Part shown: one piece after another, positions 58,257-64,000 of the stretch
Position numbering within the stretch: the first letter of the stretch is position 1
Layout: each line of letters opens with the position of its first letter
From: an uncultured delta proteobacterium
GTDB taxonomy: Bacteria > Desulfobacterota > Desulfobacteria > Desulfobacterales > SG8-13
Length of the DNA stretch: 64,000 nucleotides
Reading direction: 5' to 3'
Assembly (NCBI GenBank): GCA_963779885.1
Contig: CAWAAN010000005.1
Span: 20,554 to 84,553 of the forward strand
Translations under genes and position numbers: made by a program
Notes under the pieces: model-generated
What the model saw: only the letters and a program-made list of their open reading frames with translations
Told to the model about the DNA's origin: nothing
Database searches by the model: none

Positions 58257-59291
58257 TCAGATGTCGTTGAGGGTGTCGATGAGTTTTCTCAATCCGCCGA
58301 AATCACTGTGTTTGAAGTCGATTACCAGGCGCGGGAGGTGGGCGAGATCCGGCTCATCGGCCTCTTCCGGCAGGGCTTCCGAGAGCACCATTTTGCCGCC
58401 GGGCACCAGAATATCGGCGAATTGATGCGTCAGCTCCGCGACGATGGCCGGTTGGATGGGCGAGGCCAACCGAATGACCAGACGCCCGTTGACATAGCGC
58501 AGGCTGTGATAGCGGTGGTAAAAGTGGTTGATCCGCGCGACGGCCTTAGCGACCGAATCGACCCGTTCAATCAGATTGAAGTCAGAGGCGCTGATGAGGT
58601 GGCGCTTCAGAAGTTCCCTTTCGAAAAACTCCAGGCACTGCGACCAGTAACGGCCGTCCGGCTCGTCGATCAGGATCAGCGGCAGCGAGTAGCGTTTGCC
58701 GGTCTGCACCAGCGTCAGGCTCTCCATGGCCTCGTCCAGAGTCCCGAAGCCGCCGGGGAACAACGCGACGGCATGGGCTTCCTTCAAAAAGGCCACTTTG
58801 CGGTTGAAAAAATACTTGTACATGATGTAGCGCGGATTGCCGTCGATGACCGGATTGGGCTTCTGTTCGAAAGGCAGGCGGATGTTGACCCCGAAAGAAA
58901 AATCGGGACCCGCCCCTTCGTTGACCGCCTGCATGATCCCCGGCCCGCCGCCGGTGATCACCATGTAATTGGCCGCCACGAGTTCGCGCCCCAGGTCCCT
59001 GGCCATTGCATACAAGGGCTCCTCGGGTTTGATCCGCGCCGATCCGAACACGGTCACCTTTTTCTTGTGGCGGTAAGGCCCGAAAACCTTGGACGTGAAG
59101 CGCATCTCCTTCAAAGAGGTGTTCATCATTTTAAGATCCGCCTTGCGGTTGTCCTCCTGACCGGCTTTGAGCGAGGCCAGGATCATCTCGCGGATAATTT
59201 CCCGCTGTTCGATCCCGCCGGCGAGATTTATCAGGCTCTCGATGGCGTCATCGACGGGGCCGTTGGTGGGCGTAAAGTGAAGCTCCTGCAT
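58257..59291 (-). CDS. LOG family (TIGR00730) nucleotide monophosphate nucleosidase
   Basis: VFGSAR, TGGGPGIM, YFFNRK, PGGFGTLDE. Confidence 0.92.
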   Translation of the reverse strand: MQELHFTPTNGPVDDAIESLINLAGGIEQREIIREMILASLKAGQEDNRKADLKMMNTSLKEMRFTSKVFGPYRHKKKVTVFGSARIKPEEPLYAMARDLGRELVAANYMVITGGGPGIMQAVNEGAGPDFSFGVNIRLPFEQKPNPVIDGNPRYIMYKYFFNRKVAFLKEAHAVALFPGGFGTLDEAMESLTLVQTGKRYSLPLILIDEPDGRYWSQCLEFFERELLKRHLISASDFNLIERVDSVAKAVARINHFYHRYHSLRYVNGRLVIRLASPIQPAIVAELTHQFADILVPGGKMVLSEALPEEADEPDLAHLPRLVIDFKHSDFGGLRKLIDTLNDI

Positions 59292-59630
59292 GGTATTCCC
59301 TCTCGTGCTGCTGGGTGGCTGCTGTTATCGGAAACAGTAAAAACTCATGGATATTCATGTGCCGTCTGGATTGCGACAATCGTTTCAGCTATCCATAATG
59401 AAAATGAAAGTAATATTATACCATTGTGAGGTTCGTATTAGCAAACGCCCGATGGTTGCCCATCGCTGTCATATGACCCGGTATTGGTTCGGCCTTCTCA
59501 ATGACATGACGATCACTATTCGAACAACCAAGCCTGTGGAAATAAAAAATACTTGTATCGACGGCGGGGACCGGATAAATTCGGGCTGATAGAGAAAAAA
59601 GGATCATTTTTTAAGGAAGGACAGTGAATC

Positions 59631-59945
59631 ATGTACGAAATCATCGCCGAGCCCGAGGATTACGACATCGAAATTCTGGAAGAGGGGATGGGGAAAAATC
59701 AGGTCACATTTCCCGAAGAAGAGCGGGTAAAATGGGCCGAGGAAATTGGTGCTTTTGCCGCGAAACTCAATCGGTTGGCCGAACGCGCCACGGGACTTCG
59801 AAAGCTGCTCGCCAGCAAGGAGCAGATCGTGGCGACGCCGGCATCATTGAAGACATTGAAAGTTGTATTGTTCAAGGTCAACGACGCCATGAATTTCGCC
59901 CTGAATCTGGCCGGCCAGATTGAAGGCCAGATCATCAAAAAATAA
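59631..59945 (+). CDS. Hypothetical helical protein
   Basis: 104 aa, AAGGA RBS, natural composition; no motif recognised. Confidence 0.65.
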   Translation: MYEIIAEPEDYDIEILEEGMGKNQVTFPEEERVKWAEEIGAFAAKLNRLAERATGLRKLLASKEQIVATPASLKTLKVVLFKVNDAMNFALNLAGQIEGQIIKK

Positions 59946-60160
59946 GTCCGCCGGTCAGGCCGTTTGGCTTTGATGGTACAGCTCGACCACGGCCGCCGTC
60001 GTGAGGGGGGCTTTTCTCCGCCGGGCCTCCGCCTGAATCCGGTCCCGCAGTTTTGAGGCGGCAGCCGGCGCCACGCTGATGCCCTGGCGCGACAAGAGGT
60101 GACCGATCACGACGGTTCCGGAATGGGTGCCGAGAACGCGAAGACGTCAAGAAATTCCGG

Positions 60161-60385
60161 TTCTGCCCGCCGCTCTATTTTTTAAGACCCAGCGCACGGG
60201 AGGTCTTGGAGGAGTTTCTGGACACTGCCGGCCCCGTCGATGTTTTGGGTCACTTCATCGATTACCTGTGCCGCAGAGAATTGGTTACGGCTATCAGGCT
60301 CAATGAGAAGCGGCTCGATATCGGCGGCCTGGAAAACTACCATAGGGCGAATCGGATGTTGCGTGCCGCAGGGAAACGGATATGA
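60161..60385 (+). pseudogene. C-terminal remnant of a sugar-phosphate nucleotidyltransferase-like gene
   Basis: Startless frame FCPPLYFLRP..DVLGHFIDYL..RLDIGGLENYHRAN; in-frame stop at 60077. Confidence 0.6.
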
Positions 60386-60766
60386 AAAGTTGCCGTCATC
60401 AGCATTCTTTTCGGTTGTATTGACTCATAAGATGCCCATGAAAAGACCTGGGCCCTCCTCTGGTTTCATCCCGATTATCACTTTTCTTTAAGCGGTTTTC
60501 ATAATACAGCTATGCGCAGTCTCGAACTGGGGGTCGCCAACAACCAAGTTCGCTGTTCAAGGGGTTGAGACGAACGGACGGCCCGGCGCGAAAACGCTGG
60601 ATTGTCTGGATGTTTTAAAAGCTTTCGGCAAGCTGCCGGGCGGGAATAAGCGACTTCTGACATGTGACATTACTGTTGAGTGAGTCTTCGGGTCGCCCGG
60701 GTGTTCCGCAGTGGGTCGGGCTCCGCGGGTAACTATCGCTGCGGCGCTTGTCGGGGAGGCAAGAAT

Positions 60767-63700
60767 ATGCAGGACACGATCTTGGATGATTTTGACGACC
60801 TTGCAAACTGGGTGCCCATCACTTCCGGAGAGGCCCGGGTCGATATCGGCCGGGACCAGGGCCGCGACGGCGCGGCCCTGCGGCTGGATATCGATTTCAG
60901 GGGCGGCGGCGGCTTCGTGGGCGCCCGCAAGGAATTTACGCTCGATATCCCCGAGGGCTACTCCTTCGGGGTCAACATCCGCGGCACCGTTCCGGCCAAC
61001 ATCTTTGAATTCAAACTGGTGGACGACACCAATCAAAACGTCTGGCGCTACCGGGTCGAGGCCTTTGACTTTCCGGCGGATTGGCAGCCGCTGCAGATTC
61101 GCAGCAGCCAGGTCGTTTTTGCGTGGGGGCCGCTGGGGGGCGGTCCGCCTGAAGGCGTGGCGGCCATCGAACTGGTGATCGCCGCGGGTCAGGGCGGGGC
61201 GGGCAGCGTGTGGTTCGAGGGCCTGTGGTTTCGCGACGACACCTATCGGTTGACGCCCCGGGTGAGCGCCTCCAGCTCGCTGGCGGGCCATGAACCGCAA
61301 GACGCCCTCACGCCCTCTGCTGCCGCAAGTTGGCAAAGCGCAGCTTCCGGGGAACCGCAATGGCTTCTCATCGACTTTCAGCAGGAAAGGGAATACGGCG
61401 GGCTGGTCGTCGACTGGGTCGAAGGGTTGCAGGCCCGGCGGTTCGATGTCCAGGTGTCGGTTGACGGCGCGGCCTGGAAAACCGCCTATGCCACACGTCA
61501 GGCGGATGCCGGGCGCAGCTACCTTTACCTGCCGCAAACCGTTTCGCGATACCTGCGGCTCAATCTTTATGCCAGTGCCCGCGGCGGTGGGTTCGGGATC
61601 CGGCACATCAGGGTCGAGCCGTACGACTTCTCCCGCAGCCTCAATCACTTCTTTCAATACCTAGCGGCCGACGAGGCCCCCGGCATGTATCCGAAGTACT
61701 TTCTGGGCCGGCAGACCTACTGGACCGTTGCCGGAGCCGGCACGGGCGACGCCCAGGCCTTGATGAACGAAGAGGGCCAGGTGGAAGTGGACAAGGGCGC
61801 CTTTTCGATCGAGCCTTTTCTCTATGCCGACCAAGGGCTCGTCACCTGGGCGGATGTGACCCTGGAACAGCAATTGACGCAGTCTTTTCTGCCGATTCCC
61901 CGCGTGACGTGGCACACCGGGCGCCTGAGCCTCGCGATCACGGCCTTTGCCACCGGCGAAGCCGGTCAGAGCGTTCTCTATCTGTGCTACCGCGTGGGAA
62001 ATACCGCCGGTCAACGCCAATCGCTGCGCCTCTTTACGGTGCTGCGGCCTTTCCAGGTGACCCCGCCCTGGCAAAGCTGGCGGTCTTTCGGCGGCGTCAG
62101 CCCGGTTCGGGAGCTGCGCTTCGTGGACGGTGCGCTCCGGGTCAACGGCAGCAAAGCGGTGATTCCGCTGACCGAACCCAGCGGATTCGGCGCGGCCGCC
62201 TTCGCCGAGGACGCCGTGATCCGGCATCTGATCAAGGGCGAGCTGCCTCCGCGGGCGGAGGTCCGCGATGAATTCGGATATGCTTCCGGGGCCATGGGCT
62301 TTGATCTGGACCTGGCACCGGGGGCAAGCGATGAAGTTTGGCTTGCGATCCCCTTCGGCCGCCAGGAGGCGGGCGTCGATGCCGCCGTGAGCGCCTCGTT
62401 GCGAGGCGTTTCAGGACCCGAGCACTTCGAGCGCGCGCGGCGGGAGTGGCAGGAACGACTGGGCAGGGTCGAGATGAACTTGCCCGCCCCGGTGATGGCC
62501 GTTGCCGATACCTTCAGGACCGCCGCCGCCCATATACTGATCAACCGCGACGGTCCCGCGCTGCACCCGGGGCCGCGACGCTATTCCAGGTCCTGGATCA
62601 GGGACGGCGCCATCATGGGCGCGGCCCTGTTGCGGGCGGGCCATCCCACGGCGATTCGGGATTTCATTCGCTGGTATGCCGGTTTCCAGGACGATGACGG
62701 CGATATCCCCGATTGTGCGGACCAGGAGGGCACGGAATGGCTGCCGGAATACGACGCTTACGGCCAGTTCATTTACGCCGTCGTGGAGTACTACCGGTTC
62801 ACGGGCGACAGGGATTTTCTGGCCGAAATGCAGCCGGCCGTGGCCAGGACCCTGGCGTTTATGGAAAACCTGCGCGCCAAGCGCCTCACGGAGGAATACC
62901 GGAGACCCGAAAAACGGGCCTGCTACGGTCTTTTGCCCGAATCCATGAGTCACGAAGGGTATATGGCCCATCCGGTGCACGCTTACTGGGACGACTTCTG
63001 GGCCTTGCGGGGGCTGCGGGACGCGGCCTTCATGGCACAAGAACTGGATGATCCGGTTGAAGCGGCGCGCTTGGCGTCACTGGCGATCTCCTTCGCCGGG
63101 GATCTGCGGGCGTCCTTGCGAGCCACCATCGATCGACACCGGATCGCATTTCTGCCGGGCTCGGTCGAGTTCGGCGATTTCGACCCCGCCGCCACATCGG
63201 TCGCCATTTCGCTGTTGAATGAAGCGTCGCTGCTGCCGCGCCAGGAGACCCGGCACACGTTCGACAAGTACCTCGCCGGTTTGCGGGAGCGCGCCGCCGG
63301 CGGGGCCTGGAACAATTACAGTGCCTACGAAATCCGGATCATCGGCGCCCTGGTGCGCCTCGGCCGGCGTGACGAAGCGATAGAACTGATGGAGTTCATG
63401 CTGGCCGACCGGCGCATTTTGCCCTGGAACCAGTGGCCGGAGATCTCCTGGCGCGACCCATCGAGCCCCAGCTTCATCGGCGACCTGCCGCACTCCTGGA
63501 TCAGCGCCGAATACCTTCTGGCGGTTTGCAGTCTTTTCGCCTACGAGAGGGAAGAAGACCAGGCGCTGGTCATTGCCGCCGGGGTGGCGCCGAAATGGCT
63601 CGCCGAGGGTTCCACGGTGGGGGTCGCGAACCTGCCCACGCACTACGGCAAGATTTCCTACTCTCTGCGCATGGAAAATGCGACCACGCTGCGCCTGGTG

Positions 63701-63862
63701 CTTTGCGGAGATCTGCGCCTGCCGCCGGGCGGCATCGTTGCCAGGCCGCCCCTGCACGGGCCCGTGCGGCAGGTTCTGATCGACGAGCGGAAGCTCGCGG
63801 TATCCGCGGCCGACGAATTCCAGTGCACCACATGCCCCGCCGAGATCGTGATCCGGTTTTAA
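60767..63862 (+). CDS. Large glycosidase-like protein: CBM-like + F5/8 type C (discoidin) + (alpha/alpha)6 domain
   Basis: QWLLIDFQQEREYGGL discoidin pattern; GPRRYSRSWIRDG, ESMSHEGY, YWDDFW, FIGDLPHSW. GGAGG RBS before ATG 60767. Confidence 0.8.
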   Translation: MQDTILDDFDDLANWVPITSGEARVDIGRDQGRDGAALRLDIDFRGGGGFVGARKEFTLDIPEGYSFGVNIRGTVPANIFEFKLVDDTNQNVWRYRVEAFDFPADWQPLQIRSSQVVFAWGPLGGGPPEGVAAIELVIAAGQGGAGSVWFEGLWFRDDTYRLTPRVSASSSLAGHEPQDALTPSAAASWQSAASGEPQWLLIDFQQEREYGGLVVDWVEGLQARRFDVQVSVDGAAWKTAYATRQADAGRSYLYLPQTVSRYLRLNLYASARGGGFGIRHIRVEPYDFSRSLNHFFQYLAADEAPGMYPKYFLGRQTYWTVAGAGTGDAQALMNEEGQVEVDKGAFSIEPFLYADQGLVTWADVTLEQQLTQSFLPIPRVTWHTGRLSLAITAFATGEAGQSVLYLCYRVGNTAGQRQSLRLFTVLRPFQVTPPWQSWRSFGGVSPVRELRFVDGALRVNGSKAVIPLTEPSGFGAAAFAEDAVIRHLIKGELPPRAEVRDEFGYASGAMGFDLDLAPGASDEVWLAIPFGRQEAGVDAAVSASLRGVSGPEHFERARREWQERLGRVEMNLPAPVMAVADTFRTAAAHILINRDGPALHPGPRRYSRSWIRDGAIMGAALLRAGHPTAIRDFIRWYAGFQDDDGDIPDCADQEGTEWLPEYDAYGQFIYAVVEYYRFTGDRDFLAEMQPAVARTLAFMENLRAKRLTEEYRRPEKRACYGLLPESMSHEGYMAHPVHAYWDDFWALRGLRDAAFMAQELDDPVEAARLASLAISFAGDLRASLRATIDRHRIAFLPGSVEFGDFDPAATSVAISLLNEASLLPRQETRHTFDKYLAGLRERAAGGAWNNYSAYEIRIIGALVRLGRRDEAIELMEFMLADRRILPWNQWPEISWRDPSSPSFIGDLPHSWISAEYLLAVCSLFAYEREEDQALVIAAGVAPKWLAEGSTVGVANLPTHYGKISYSLRMENATTLRLVLCGDLRLPPGGIVARPPLHGPVRQVLIDERKLAVSAADEFQCTTCPAEIVIRF

Positions 63863-63963
63863 CGAGGCCTGGGCCGTGCGGTACGGGCGGAATATCCAAA
63901 AACACCAGCCCCCGCTCACTCTCGAACATTGTTTGATGAATGAAGAAGAGGGGAAAAGAACCA

Positions 63964-64000
63964 ATGCGCATTGTCATCATCGGTGCGGGAGCGATGGGTT
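63964..64000 (+). CDS. Rossmann-fold oxidoreductase N-terminus (possibly ketopantoate reductase), partial
   Basis: MRIVIIGAGAMG after a purine-rich RBS. Confidence 0.65.
   Translation, partial: MRIVIIGAGAMG

Noticed and set aside
58308-59429. 373-aa plus-strand ORF
   Set aside because: Antisense shadow of the LOG gene.

Overview
GC-rich bacterial chromosome segment. Gene content and repeat types suggest Desulfobacterota/Desulfobacterales (inference). It is mostly housekeeping and transport: serA, ettA, an RluA-type pseudouridine synthase, an RsmG-TrmH fusion, a split ADP-forming acyl-CoA synthetase, a PAS-GGDEF cyclase, a ugp-type ABC transporter coupled to a glycerol-1-phosphate dehydrogenase, msrAB, an ECF sigma/anti-sigma module, ybhGFSR-like ABC exporter, cyclophilin, mlaEFDC (MlaF carries a degenerate GGDEF tail), asmA, dppABCDF, LOG and a large discoidin-domain glycosidase. 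The accessory layer has an intact HUH (RAYT-like) transposase bounded by perfect 21-bp terminal inverted repeats beside a higBA pair, and a decayed copy of the same family beside an orphan antitoxin. It also has a frameshifted vapB, several gene remnants missed by the ORF track, GTAG-type REPs, 100-150 bp inverted-repeat elements sharing an internal skeleton, and phased 9-mer and 7-mer arrays. No rRNA, tRNA or CRISPR array was seen. All calls come from motif reading by eye; no database search was run.
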